This document shows positions 54,340 to 62,873 of a stretch of 64,000 nucleotides of DNA, piece by piece. Each line of letters opens with the position of its first letter. The first letter of the stretch is position 1. The notes beneath the pieces were generated by a model. The model was not told where the DNA came from, did not search any database, and saw nothing but the letters and a program-made list of their open reading frames with translations. The stretch is taken from NCBI GenBank assembly GCA_025059535.1, contig JANXCX010000018.1:66014-130013 (forward strand). The letters run 5' to 3'. The translations under genes were made by a program, and so were the position numbers. Source of the DNA: Bacteroidia bacterium. Its GTDB lineage: Bacteria; Bacteroidota; Bacteroidia; SpSt-205.

Positions 54340-55607
54340 CGCTGGGCAATATCCTTTCTATATATGCGCCCTTCAAAGGGAAATTTGTCCAGTATGGCAT
54401 AGGCGCGAGCGCGCGCCGCCTCTAAGTCGGGGCCTAAACCTACAGCCGTGTAAGTGCGTCCGCCAGTAGTTACCCATTGCCCCTGAGCGTTCTGATCCAC
54501 GCCGGCCCAGTAGATATAGGAATCAGCTTCCACTAGGCAACCGCCTTCGGCCGCAGGGGGCTCGGGAAGAAGTTGGCCTTGAGTAGGTTTTTCGGGATAG
54601 CCAGCCGTGGCCGCCACTACCCCTACGGCATAGTTTGCATGCAGGCGTATCTTGAGCTCAGTCAGTTTTTGGATTTTGTAGTAGTACAAGACCTCTTCTA
54701 AATCATTTTCTAAAAGGGGTAGGAGCACCTGGGCCTCAGGGTCGCCTAGGCGTATATTGTATTCCAGTACGTAGGGGCCTTCAGCCGTCTTCATAAGCCC
54801 GATGTAGAGGAAGCCGGTATAGGCCCTACCTAAGGCTTGTATCCCCGCCCAGGTTGGCTCTATAACTTTATGACGGATAGTTTCTAGCCAGGCTAAGTCT
54901 TCGGCCGGCGCATAACTGCCCATTCCCCCAGTATTGGGACCTTGGTCTTTTTCCTCACGCCGCTTATAGTCGCGCACGGTAGGCAGAAGAGCATAGCCTT
55001 TACCATCGGCTAAAAGAAATACCGACCGCTCTTCTCCTTCCAAAAACTTTTCTACGAGAATCGTCTGGCCGGCGGCGCCAAATTTTTCGCCTGAAAGGCA
55101 GGCGCGCGCAAAGGAGAGGGCTTCCTCGGGCGTATAGGCTATGAGGACACCTTTGCCTTGGGCTAGGCCGCTGGCTTTCACCACCACGGGATAAGTGCAG
55201 CGACGTAGGTAGTCTAGCGCGGCCTCCAGCTGAGCCGACTCAAATACCACAGCCTCTGGGGTAGGAATCCCATGCTGTTTCATAAAGGCCTTTGCGCGCG
55301 CCTTACTGCTCTCCAAGAAGCTGAGCCGCTGCGGCGGAGCCACTACGGTAGCCAGATCATGGAGATCATCGTACATCCCGCGCGCAATAGGTGCTTCCGG
55401 CCCTACTATCACATAGTCAATGCGCTCCGTGCGAATGAACTGACGTAACCCTGCAATATCTTTCTCCTCAATAGGTACGCGCTGAATAGGGGGCCGCATA
55501 GCCGCATTACCCGGTGCCACGAATACTTTTAGCCTAGGGCTTCTGAGGGCCTTATGGGCGATGGCATGCTCTCGCGCGCCCCGTCCCACCACCAGGACAC
55601 GCGTCAT
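54336..55607 (-). CDS. purD: Phosphoribosylamine--glycine ligase
   Basis: MTRVLVVGRGAREHAIAHK N-terminus, ATP-grasp core and GPNTGGMGSYAP motif. Start set at ATG 55607. The track start is a TTG inside the upstream U/T-run. Confidence 0.95.
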   Translation of the reverse strand: MTRVLVVGRGAREHAIAHKALRSPRLKVFVAPGNAAMRPPIQRVPIEEKDIAGLRQFIRTERIDYVIVGPEAPIARGMYDDLHDLATVVAPPQRLSFLESSKARAKAFMKQHGIPTPEAVVFESAQLEAALDYLRRCTYPVVVKASGLAQGKGVLIAYTPEEALSFARACLSGEKFGAAGQTILVEKFLEGEERSVFLLADGKGYALLPTVRDYKRREEKDQGPNTGGMGSYAPAEDLAWLETIRHKVIEPTWAGIQALGRAYTGFLYIGLMKTAEGPYVLEYNIRLGDPEAQVLLPLLENDLEEVLYYYKIQKLTELKIRLHANYAVGVVAATAGYPEKPTQGQLLPEPPAAEGGCLVEADSYIYWAGVDQNAQGQWVTTGGRTYTAVGLGPDLEAARARAYAILDKFPFEGRIYRKDIAQR

Positions 55608-55612
55608 ACCCG

Positions 55613-55620
55613 CAAAGGTA
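55613..55620 (-). promoter_or_regulatory. -7 promoter box TACCTTTG (purD)
   Basis: Exact TAnnTTTG on the minus strand, 5 nt upstream of purD ATG 55607 and directly downstream of the terminator T-run. Confidence 0.55.
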
Positions 55621-55630
55621 GCATAGCCGC

Positions 55631-55678
55631 AAAACAAAACCCCCGGGGACTCAACCCGAAGGGAATCAACCCGGGGGC
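55631..55678 (-). terminator. Rho-independent terminator (GC-rich hairpin plus T-run)
   Basis: The minus strand reads CCCCCGGG-ttgattcccttcgggttgagtc-CCCGGGGG followed by TTTTGTTTT. It lies about 100 nt downstream of the methyltransferase stop. Confidence 0.7.
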
Positions 55679-55696
55679 CTCTCTGCTGGGCTATAG

Positions 55697-55704
55697 CAAA
55701 GATA
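55697..55704 (-). promoter_or_regulatory. Orphan TATCTTTG box upstream of the terminator hairpin
   Basis: Exact TAnnTTTG on the minus strand with no ORF downstream, only the hairpin and T-run roughly 20-70 nt away. Confidence 0.3.
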
Positions 55705-55780
55705 AGGAAATTTCCCGAACTTACAACAGCCCAGTGCCCTTCTGGTCAAAACTAGGGGACAAACTGCGGATAAACTCCCC

Positions 55781-56632
55781 TCAACGGCTGATAGGTATGG
55801 CCGTAGCGCACAAATGCCACCCAAACCGCCGCTCCAAAGCCCGGAAAAGCCAAGAAGGCATCCAGCGAAAATACCACACCTTCACATACCGATACTGCTT
55901 GTAGTCGGCTATTCTATAAGGAAATATGTGATCTACCCACATCTCCACGGCCTTGAAGCCTGCATGCGCCAAAAGAGCCTTCAGCTCCTTAGTCGTGTAG
56001 GTATAAGTTACAGGAGAACCTTCTTGCGCTTCGGAGTAGCGGGCCACCCATTCAGCCGCTTTCCAAAATTGCCCTTTGCCATACTTAAGCAGAATCCATA
56101 ATACCTTCCACGCATAGCGGTGATATACCATCACTTTGAGGACCGTATCCGAATGCGCATACTGACGCAGCTGAGCAAAGGCTCGCTCGGGCTTGGGCGT
56201 ATGATGCAGCACCCCAAAGGAGTAAATCAGATCATAAGGCTCTACGGGTACATAACGGTCCAGCTCTTCAGCGTTCGCCTGAATAAAGGTAATCCGATCC
56301 TCTAGCCCATACACCTTTGCACGCTGACGGGCAATTTCCAAAGACTTTTCCGAAAGGTCCACCGCCGTGACATAGGCCCCATGACGGGCAAAGTTGATAG
56401 TATCCGTACCTATCCCACAGCCAATTTCCAATACGCGCTTACCCTTCCAACGGGGAAACTCGGCAAAGCGTGGAATGTGCGGCTCAACAAAATACTTGCG
56501 TGCCTCCACCTCGTCAAAGTACTCCTTTGTTCCAATCGGCTTAGGGGAGTGGCGGATGTTACACGGTCGCCTATCCCAGTAAGCCTGAACTTCCTCTATC
56601 GTAACCCTTTCAAAAACTTTAGCCTGTCGCAT
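55781..56632 (-). CDS. Class I SAM-dependent methyltransferase
   Basis: Motif I VLEIGCGIGTD, post-I acidic residue (AVDLS) and motif II-like YDLIYSFGVLHH. Start taken at ATG 56632; the track start 56665 is a TTG overlapping glyA. Confidence 0.75.
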   Translation of the reverse strand: MRQAKVFERVTIEEVQAYWDRRPCNIRHSPKPIGTKEYFDEVEARKYFVEPHIPRFAEFPRWKGKRVLEIGCGIGTDTINFARHGAYVTAVDLSEKSLEIARQRAKVYGLEDRITFIQANAEELDRYVPVEPYDLIYSFGVLHHTPKPERAFAQLRQYAHSDTVLKVMVYHRYAWKVLWILLKYGKGQFWKAAEWVARYSEAQEGSPVTYTYTTKELKALLAHAGFKAVEMWVDHIFPYRIADYKQYRYVKVWYFRWMPSWLFRALERRFGWHLCATAIPISR

Positions 56633-56645
56633 AGGTAGCAGATAA

Positions 56646-57968
56646 TTAGGCTTTACTTTCGGCAAGGTAAGGTAAAACGGCTTCGGAGAAGGCTGAATCT
56701 GCGGCGTAGGGCAAAGGATAGGCTTGGAGAAACTCCCGAATCGTCTGACGCAGATTGGCTAAGTAGCTTTCCTCCTGCCAGTGGCGAAGCGCGGCATCCA
56801 GCCAACGCGCTACCTGCTGGAACTCCGTCTGCGTAAAGCCGCGCGTAGTGAGGGCCGGCGTACCCAGCCGTATACCGCTTGTCAGCAGAGGCGGCTGAGG
56901 ATCGTAAGGAATCAGGTTCTTGTTTACTGTAATGCCCGCTTTTTCAAGAGCCTTCTCTGCTTGGGCGCCTGTGAGACCTTGGGGACTGAGGTCTATCAGT
57001 ACGATGTGATTGTCCGTGCCACCCGTAAGCACCTTATACCCCAGCTCCATAAGGGTCTCAGCCAGAGCCTGGGCATTCCGAATAACCTGCTGGGCGTATT
57101 GGCGAAACTCTGGCTGCAGGGCCTCTCCAAACGCCACCGCCTTAGCGGCAATCGTATGCATGTGTGGCCCGCCTTGAATTCCCGGGAAAAGGGCCGCATC
57201 TAGTAAAGCGCTCATTTTTTTAGGCTGGCCCTTGGCCGTAAGCTCGCCAAACGGATTGGGAAAATCTCGGCCCATCATAATCACCCCGCCACGTGGGCCA
57301 CGCAGGGTTTTATGAGTGGTACTCGTTACAACATGACAGTGAGGCAGAGGGTTATTTAGGAGGCCAGCCGCTATCAGGCCGGCCGGATGGGCAATATCCG
57401 CCACTAGAAAAGCTCCCACCTCATCGGCGATCTGCCGTAAAGCCACCCAGTCCCAATCCCGCGGGTAACTACTGGCCCCTGCAAGAATTACCTTGGGCCG
57501 AAACTCACGCGCTTTTTCCCGAATTTGGTCATAGTCCAGCCGGTAGGTATCGGGGCGCACGCCGTAGTGGGCTATCGTGTAGAGCTTACCAGAGGAATTG
57601 AGGGGACTACCATGCGTAAGGTGCCCTCCATGGTCTAGCGCAAAGCTAAGCAGCCTCTCGCCCGGCTTGAGCAGGGCTAGTAATACTGCCGCATTGGCCT
57701 GCGCGCCAGAATGAGGCTGTACATTTACCCACTCGGCCCCAAAAAGCGCCTTCAAACGCGCCTGCGCCAGCCGCTCTACTTCATCTACATAAGTACAACC
57801 CCCATAGTAGCGCTTCCCTGGTAGGCCCTCGGCATACTTATTATTCAGCACCGAACCCAAAGCTCGCAGCACCGCTGGACTGGCGTAGTTTTCCGACGCT
57901 ATCAGCTCTAGGCCCTCCTCTTGCCGCCGCCGCTCTAGCTCTATCCAGTCAAACACAGGATCTCGCAT
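56646..57968 (-). CDS. glyA: Serine hydroxymethyltransferase
   Basis: [16 protein letters not shown] and the PLP-lysine motif [14 protein letters not shown]. Start set at ATG 57968 ([16 protein letters not shown]), 4 nt downstream of a promoter box. Confidence 0.95.
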   Translation of the reverse strand: MRDPVFDWIELERRRQEEGLELIASENYASPAVLRALGSVLNNKYAEGLPGKRYYGGCTYVDEVERLAQARLKALFGAEWVNVQPHSGAQANAAVLLALLKPGERLLSFALDHGGHLTHGSPLNSSGKLYTIAHYGVRPDTYRLDYDQIREKAREFRPKVILAGASSYPRDWDWVALRQIADEVGAFLVADIAHPAGLIAAGLLNNPLPHCHVVTSTTHKTLRGPRGGVIMMGRDFPNPFGELTAKGQPKKMSALLDAALFPGIQGGPHMHTIAAKAVAFGEALQPEFRQYAQQVIRNAQALAETLMELGYKVLTGGTDNHIVLIDLSPQGLTGAQAEKALEKAGITVNKNLIPYDPQPPLLTSGIRLGTPALTTRGFTQTEFQQVARWLDAALRHWQEESYLANLRQTIREFLQAYPLPYAADSAFSEAVLPYLAESKA

Positions 57969-57972
57969 TTCA

Positions 57973-57980
57973 CAAAGATA
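57973..57980 (-). promoter_or_regulatory. -7 promoter box TATCTTTG (glyA)
   Basis: Exact TAnnTTTG on the minus strand, 4 nt upstream of ATG 57968. Confidence 0.55.
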
Positions 57981-57992
57981 GCGGTTTCTAAC

Positions 57993-58000
57993 TAATTTTG
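57993..58000 (+). promoter_or_regulatory. -7 promoter box TAATTTTG
   Basis: Exact TAnnTTTG, 3 nt upstream of ATG 58004. The track start TTG 57998 lies inside the box. Confidence 0.5.
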
Positions 58001-58003
58001 GCC

Positions 58004-58525
58004 ATGCGCCTAAAACGCCGCGGCCTCCTTGCGCTCTCCATCCTGCTATCCCTAAACAGCTGTCGCCGAAAAGAAGGTTGCCTGTATGAAGCCGCCGCAA
58101 ACTACTGCAGCGACTGCAATAAGGCTAACAACGAAGTATGTGAGTACGAATTTACCGTAGGTTTCTGGTTTGACGGGAATTTTGCGCGGCTTCTGGCTCA
58201 GCAGCAGATAGATACGCTCTACCTGCGCCTAAGCTATGCCTTGCCTGAGGGCGGTACGAAAGAGCTTTGGCAGAGCTTTTACAGCCGAACTGATACCTTT
58301 ACTTTTGAACCCCGCTGTAACGCCCAAAATGTGAAAAAATACACCCTTCGCTATAGCCTGGGGGCTATGCCCCACAGCTGCAGTGGGGGCAACGCTTTCG
58401 GTGGTGGCACACGCTGCTGGATCCTCCAATATAGCGCCTATAGCCCAGGCCAAGGCGAGGTGCGCGGTGGCTCTATCACCGTACGGCTAGGCCAGACCGG
58501 CTGCGAAATGGTACGCCTACAATAG
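58004..58525 (+). CDS. Small Cys-rich lipoprotein (hypothetical)
   Basis: Lipoprotein signal [20 protein letters not shown] followed by a Cys motif [24 protein letters not shown]. No family recognised. Confidence 0.45.
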   Translation: MRLKRRGLLALSILLSLNSCRRKEGCLYEAAANYCSDCNKANNEVCEYEFTVGFWFDGNFARLLAQQQIDTLYLRLSYALPEGGTKELWQSFYSRTDTFTFEPRCNAQNVKKYTLRYSLGAMPHSCSGGNAFGGGTRCWILQYSAYSPGQGEVRGGSITVRLGQTGCEMVRLQ

Positions 58526-58819
58526 GCTCTCTAACTTAGCCATAAGCTCTCTGAGGAGCGGCGCCGCTTCCGCACGCAGAAGCACGGCATAGATATCTGC
58601 ACTCATGCTACTACCTGTAAGCGCACCCTTCCGTTCAGCCAAGCTAAGCGTATAAAGCACCCTACCCTCGCCTAGAAGGGTAAGTTGAAGCGTACTACCT
58701 GGCCAGCTATCCGCTAAGGCCCGCCACGCTCCAGTCTCAAGTGGCTTCTCCAGCCTAAGCAGGTATTTGACCCGCCAAGCGCATACCTGAATTTGCCGGC
58801 ACTGTATTAGCGCTTTCAC
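58517..58819 (-). CDS. Hypothetical 100-aa protein, third gene of a coupled triad
   Basis: GTGA start/stop overlap with the upstream 420-aa gene. No motif recognised. A Roadblock/LC7-like alpha-beta pattern is only a weak impression. Confidence 0.35.
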   Translation of the reverse strand: MKALIQCRQIQVCAWRVKYLLRLEKPLETGAWRALADSWPGSTLQLTLLGEGRVLYTLSLAERKGALTGSSMSADIYAVLLRAEAAPLLRELMAKLESLL

Positions 58820-60078
58820 TTAGTTTTTACTTCCATCACATCCGCAGTGCCACCAGCCAAACGGCTCTCCACAAACGTCCCTTCATACCGCCTACCATTT
58901 TGGAAAAGATTTCGGTAGAGCGCGCCATCAAACATAACTTGCTGCTCGTGTAGGCGAGCCACATAAACAAGGGCCATGATCCCTGAAAAAAGCCCGCGTG
59001 CAAAGGGTGAATGATCCAAAGCTGGATGGGATAACGCGCCTATGGCTGTACTTTCGTACCAGTTTTTCAGGCTGAGCCTCCATGAGGCAGGGGTAGGCGG
59101 TACGGAAATCTGCACTATTCCCCACCCAAGCGCAGGCAGAACCGCCGAGATCCCATAAATCCAGCTTTCAGGGCCGTCCAAATGCGGACGCACTATGGCA
59201 TCCCATTCCGCACTCTGCATAACCCCTCCTAAGGTGTTGAAGGCGCACACATGCCCTGACTCTATAAGCATGTCTAAAACTACATCGGCCACTTCAGGTC
59301 CTACCGCCTCTACCATTCGGCGCAGGTGGCGCTCCGAAATAAGGCTGTAATAGTTTCCTGGCAGCCGGGTAAGTACTACCCCAAAGGCCTCAATTAGGCC
59401 GGTTTCGCTATCTGGCCCCAAAGGTAGGCGGAGGACGGCGTCGCGAATTTGCCTCATCGGTACCCGCGTAAAGGAAGGCTGGTAAAGCTCGGCTTCCTCG
59501 TACCTACCTTCACCCACCGAAGGGCTAAGAGGGAGAGGATGATTTAGACGGAAAAACTCCCAGCGCACTTCGGAGTCCCCTTTTGTGAGGCAGGCTACTT
59601 GGCGACTGCCCATACTGCCTAGGGGCAAGTCATAAATAGCCTCTAGGGCCCCTGCCAAATACCCCTGAGAAAAATACGCTACCCCACGCTTATGCGGCGG
59701 GCGAGGCGGAAACGTAGCCACATAGGTATAGGCGTAGTGCTCGTACGGCGTGGCGAGCGTCCCTCCTTCTGAATTTACCCCGCCTAAATCCACCTTACCA
59801 AAGCCGCAGGTACTGTAAATGCTTTCCACCAGAGCTTTCCGCCGACCTACATCCCGCACATCCAGCTCGGCAAAAAGCCGCCTAAATAGGCTATGCCCTA
59901 TCTCCTGGGCTGTGCCCACCAGTACCTCTTCCACGGGATAGAGATCCTCGGCATCTTCTATGCTAGTTTGCAAGAAGTGATTGTAATAGTGGCAATGGAC
60001 TACATGCGGCTCTCCGCCAAGCACTACTGACCCGCGCGCAGCACGCACCTGAAAAAGCGTATCTACTTCTACCCTCAT
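58816..60078 (-). CDS. Hypothetical 420-aa protein, apparent tandem V4R/Bet3-like domains (tentative)
   Basis: Two halves each resemble the V4R template (...GFGKVDL...YFSQGYLAGALEAIYDL...VACLTKGDSEVRWEF and ...LGWGIVQI...ARGLFSGIMALVY...VESRLAGGTADVMEV). ATGA overlap with the upstream gene. Confidence 0.45.
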   Translation of the reverse strand: MRVEVDTLFQVRAARGSVVLGGEPHVVHCHYYNHFLQTSIEDAEDLYPVEEVLVGTAQEIGHSLFRRLFAELDVRDVGRRKALVESIYSTCGFGKVDLGGVNSEGGTLATPYEHYAYTYVATFPPRPPHKRGVAYFSQGYLAGALEAIYDLPLGSMGSRQVACLTKGDSEVRWEFFRLNHPLPLSPSVGEGRYEEAELYQPSFTRVPMRQIRDAVLRLPLGPDSETGLIEAFGVVLTRLPGNYYSLISERHLRRMVEAVGPEVADVVLDMLIESGHVCAFNTLGGVMQSAEWDAIVRPHLDGPESWIYGISAVLPALGWGIVQISVPPTPASWRLSLKNWYESTAIGALSHPALDHSPFARGLFSGIMALVYVARLHEQQVMFDGALYRNLFQNGRRYEGTFVESRLAGGTADVMEVKTK

Positions 60079-60497
60079 ACCGATGCTGCTTTGTAAAGGA
60101 CATCCTGAGGTAACTCAATCCCATACATCTCCCGGAGGGAGGCCAAAATGACTTGCAGAATAGAAGAAGGCACAACAGCGTGAGGGAGAGGATTTAGGAG
60201 AGAGCCTAAGGAAAGACCCATCGCCCGCACACGGCTCAGGGAGCGTATCACCACCCTATCCCACGCATAGGGAGAAACTGTTTGCTGAACCCACTCTTTT
60301 ATGGGAAGGAGTCGTACATACTCCAGCTGTAAAAGGATTTGAGAGGAACCATTAGGCTTTGAGGAAGTATTCAGCCCCGAAACGAGGGGAGAGGCAGAGG
60401 CTGGATGAATTGATTCAGAAGGGTTGGAAGGTTGCGAAGCGGAAGCTGTTTCCCTCCACGGTAAGAGGGTTTTCAGCCAGCTGCGCCATATACTCAC
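60075..60497 (-). CDS. Hypothetical 140-aa protein, first gene of a coupled triad
   Basis: GTG start. Ser/Pro-rich N-terminal roughly 55 aa, then a roughly 85-aa globular part. No motif recognised. Confidence 0.35.
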   Translation of the reverse strand: MSIWRSWLKTLLPWRETASASQPSNPSESIHPASASPLVSGLNTSSKPNGSSQILLQLEYVRLLPIKEWVQQTVSPYAWDRVVIRSLSRVRAMGLSLGSLLNPLPHAVVPSSILQVILASLREMYGIELPQDVLYKAASV

Positions 60498-60533
60498 AGG
60501 GCGAAGGTAACAAAAATTAGGTTAATCCGGTTC

Positions 60534-62819
60534 TCAGATGGTAAGACGAAAGTACCACCGCTGCTGGAGCCGGGGAGACTGTAAGCTAGTATAAAGGCCG
60601 AATTGAAGAAGACCTAAGGAAGGTAAAAGTCGCAGGAGGGTCTGGGGCAGCCAGGCCTGTAAGGAAAGGCCGGCTTCGGGATACCAGGTAGCCTCAGCCC
60701 AAGCGGCTTGAAGATGCAGGGCAGGCGTAGGCCGCCAAGAAGGCCCAGGAAAGCGTCGGTTAGGAATTCGCCAAGTGTAGAAAAGATAAGCTACCGTCTG
60801 ACTTGTGCGCGGTACCGGGTGAGCGGCCAGCGCTAAAGGCATTCCTACGTACGAGTCGCTGAGCGTGCGCAACCGAAAGTACCACAAAGGACTTAGGGGA
60901 CGGTAAAGGTGGCCGGCGCTGAAGCGCCCTTCCATTTCCGCCCAGCACCCCCATGCCCAGGCATGCCAAACATCAAGTTGGATCCAATAAGAGGCCTGGC
61001 CGGCGGGTTCTGTGGGGCTTAGGATACCTATTTCGCCCGCTAAGCGGGGGCCCTTGTATTCGGCTCGCCAGAAAAGCGCCCCACGGCGCAGGAGTAGGGC
61101 ATGCGGAAAGTATTCGCCCCGCAGACTTAGCACATAGCCGCGCCAGCTCGCCGTAGGACCAAGCCGTACTACATAGGCGGCGCTACTCCCTACCCATAGG
61201 CCCCGTCCTACCGCAAGCCGACCCAAAGCCCCCCACTGGCGCTCCCGCACTAAATCTTCCCAACGGAAGGCATAAGCGCGTAGGGTAGACTCATAAGGCG
61301 ACGACCCGCCTAGGGGTAATCTGAGCGAGCCATCCAGAAGGCGGGGTAGAGTGACTTCCCGCACATCATCCGAGAAAAACAGGCGCAGCGCATTGAGCCC
61401 GCCTACTTCTATGAAACCGCCATAGCGCCAGGGAGTACCTAACCGTCCCGCCTGAGCGTAGGTACCATACCCTATCCATACCCCTACTCGGGCGTAGGGC
61501 AGAAGGCGCTCGCTGATTTCCCAGCCAATCTGGGGCCGCCAACCCTCAGCCTCGTGGTAAAGCAGGAGGGGCGTAAGAAGAAGGTACCCTGGGCCCACCG
61601 CTAAGCGTCCTAAGCCCAGGGCTGGAAGATCCATCAGCCACCCCCAGCGCCGCCGCAGGCCAGAAGCCCGAATAAGAGAGTCCAGAATCTGATACGAATA
61701 CCTCTCTTGACTTGTAAGCGGCTCCAGACGCTGCGGCTCCCGGGGCGTCAAAGCCTCCACAACACTCTCCTGCAGAAATACTTTCTTTTCCTTTGGCGGC
61801 ACTTCAACTCCCCACAGAAAAGAGCGACTGCGTCCCACCAGCACTATATCCCGTTTAGCCTGAGGCGCCCATAGCCCGATTTCCGCATGAAGCTGCATGG
61901 GAAACCATAGGGAATCCCCCAGCTTTGTATAGTGCTGCTGCATCTTGAAAAATACTGGGCTAAAGGCGCGCCCGGGTGGGACCCACCGTATCTCCCCCTG
62001 AAAGCTACGCAAAGCCGCATCCGGCAGACTTATTACCATTTGGCCCGTCAGCGCCCACTCCGCCCGACCAGGCCGAGGAAAAAAGCTCAGGGTTACTAAA
62101 GTATCTTCCCCTTCATACAGAGTATCCCGAATGGCATAGTCATAGTAGGCTAAGGCCGACGCACCGACAGGGCTGGCAATACGCTGATCCAAAATATAAA
62201 GCCAACTTTCATAAAGGCTTAGGGGCTGGAAGGAGGTCGGCGAAAATGGGCTTCTGATAGGTAAATCGCCTACAATCTTCTGAGCTACAAGAACCTCACG
62301 CTGACGCGCCGCAGAAAGGTATACCTTCTCGGTTTCCGTCTCCCACAGAAAAAGCACGGGTGGCAGGAGGGAATCAGCGACTGGGTCGCGCAGGGAGTCG
62401 GGCAAGGTAATAGTGAATTTATTGTAGCTTTTATAGGCGTGCGGGCGGCGAAGGGGGTTCCACTGGGGCTCTGCCGCTAAAAGGCGCCGCACCAGCGCAT
62501 ACGCGGGATTATCTGAAGCCCGAATTACTATGGGCTGAAGCTCTATCGGCGCCGCTGGTAAAATAATAAGAGTGCTGCCCGGCTCGGCGCGCACGTACGT
62601 CAGCGCATAGCCTAAGCAGCGTATCTCTAAGGAGTCGCCCCATTGGACTAAAAGCCGAAATCGCCCCGCTAAATCCGTCAAGACCCCTTGCTGCGTGCGC
62701 CGATTGCGTACCGCTGCGAAGGGCACAGGCAGCCCAAGGCTATCCACCACAACGCCTTCCAAAACTACCTGCGCTCTCAAAAGGCCCAGTAGGATAAGCC
62801 CTATATAGGGCCTGAGCAC
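60534..62819 (-). CDS. DUF5686-like protein with an N-terminal carboxypeptidase-regulatory-like domain (tentative), probable outer-membrane protein
   Basis: Signal peptide LLGLLRA|Q, then a CarboxypepD_reg-like GVVVDSLGLPVPFAAVRNRRTQQGVLTDLAGRFRL. The long aromatic/Gly-rich C-terminal part ends WYFRLTI. Start set at GTG 62819 behind a promoter box. Confidence 0.5.
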   Translation of the reverse strand: MLRPYIGLILLGLLRAQVVLEGVVVDSLGLPVPFAAVRNRRTQQGVLTDLAGRFRLLVQWGDSLEIRCLGYALTYVRAEPGSTLIILPAAPIELQPIVIRASDNPAYALVRRLLAAEPQWNPLRRPHAYKSYNKFTITLPDSLRDPVADSLLPPVLFLWETETEKVYLSAARQREVLVAQKIVGDLPIRSPFSPTSFQPLSLYESWLYILDQRIASPVGASALAYYDYAIRDTLYEGEDTLVTLSFFPRPGRAEWALTGQMVISLPDAALRSFQGEIRWVPPGRAFSPVFFKMQQHYTKLGDSLWFPMQLHAEIGLWAPQAKRDIVLVGRSRSFLWGVEVPPKEKKVFLQESVVEALTPREPQRLEPLTSQERYSYQILDSLIRASGLRRRWGWLMDLPALGLGRLAVGPGYLLLTPLLLYHEAEGWRPQIGWEISERLLPYARVGVWIGYGTYAQAGRLGTPWRYGGFIEVGGLNALRLFFSDDVREVTLPRLLDGSLRLPLGGSSPYESTLRAYAFRWEDLVRERQWGALGRLAVGRGLWVGSSAAYVVRLGPTASWRGYVLSLRGEYFPHALLLRRGALFWRAEYKGPRLAGEIGILSPTEPAGQASYWIQLDVWHAWAWGCWAEMEGRFSAGHLYRPLSPLWYFRLRTLSDSYVGMPLALAAHPVPRTSQTVAYLFYTWRIPNRRFPGPSWRPTPALHLQAAWAEATWYPEAGLSLQAWLPQTLLRLLPSLGLLQFGLYTSLQSPRLQQRWYFRLTI

Positions 62820-62823
62820 AGCA

Positions 62824-62831
62824 CAAAAATA
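62824..62831 (-). promoter_or_regulatory. -7 promoter box TATTTTTG
   Basis: Exact TAnnTTTG on the minus strand, 4 nt upstream of GTG 62819. Confidence 0.5.
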
Positions 62832-62860
62832 GCCCTGCCCATCTAAGTGGGCCTTAGACC

Positions 62861-62868
62861 TATTTTTG
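62861..62868 (+). promoter_or_regulatory. -7 promoter box TATTTTTG
   Basis: Exact TAnnTTTG, 5 nt upstream of GTG 62874 (asnB). Confidence 0.5.
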
Positions 62869-62873
62869 CTTTT

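Noticed and set aside
55554-55904. 116-aa plus-strand ORF across the purD / methyltransferase intergenic region
   Set aside because: It overlaps two well-supported minus-strand genes and the terminator hairpin, and it has no motif.
57969-58100. 44-codon N-terminal extension of the glyA track ORF
   Set aside because: It overlaps the divergent lipoprotein gene and both promoter boxes. The conserved SHMT N-terminus begins at ATG 57968.
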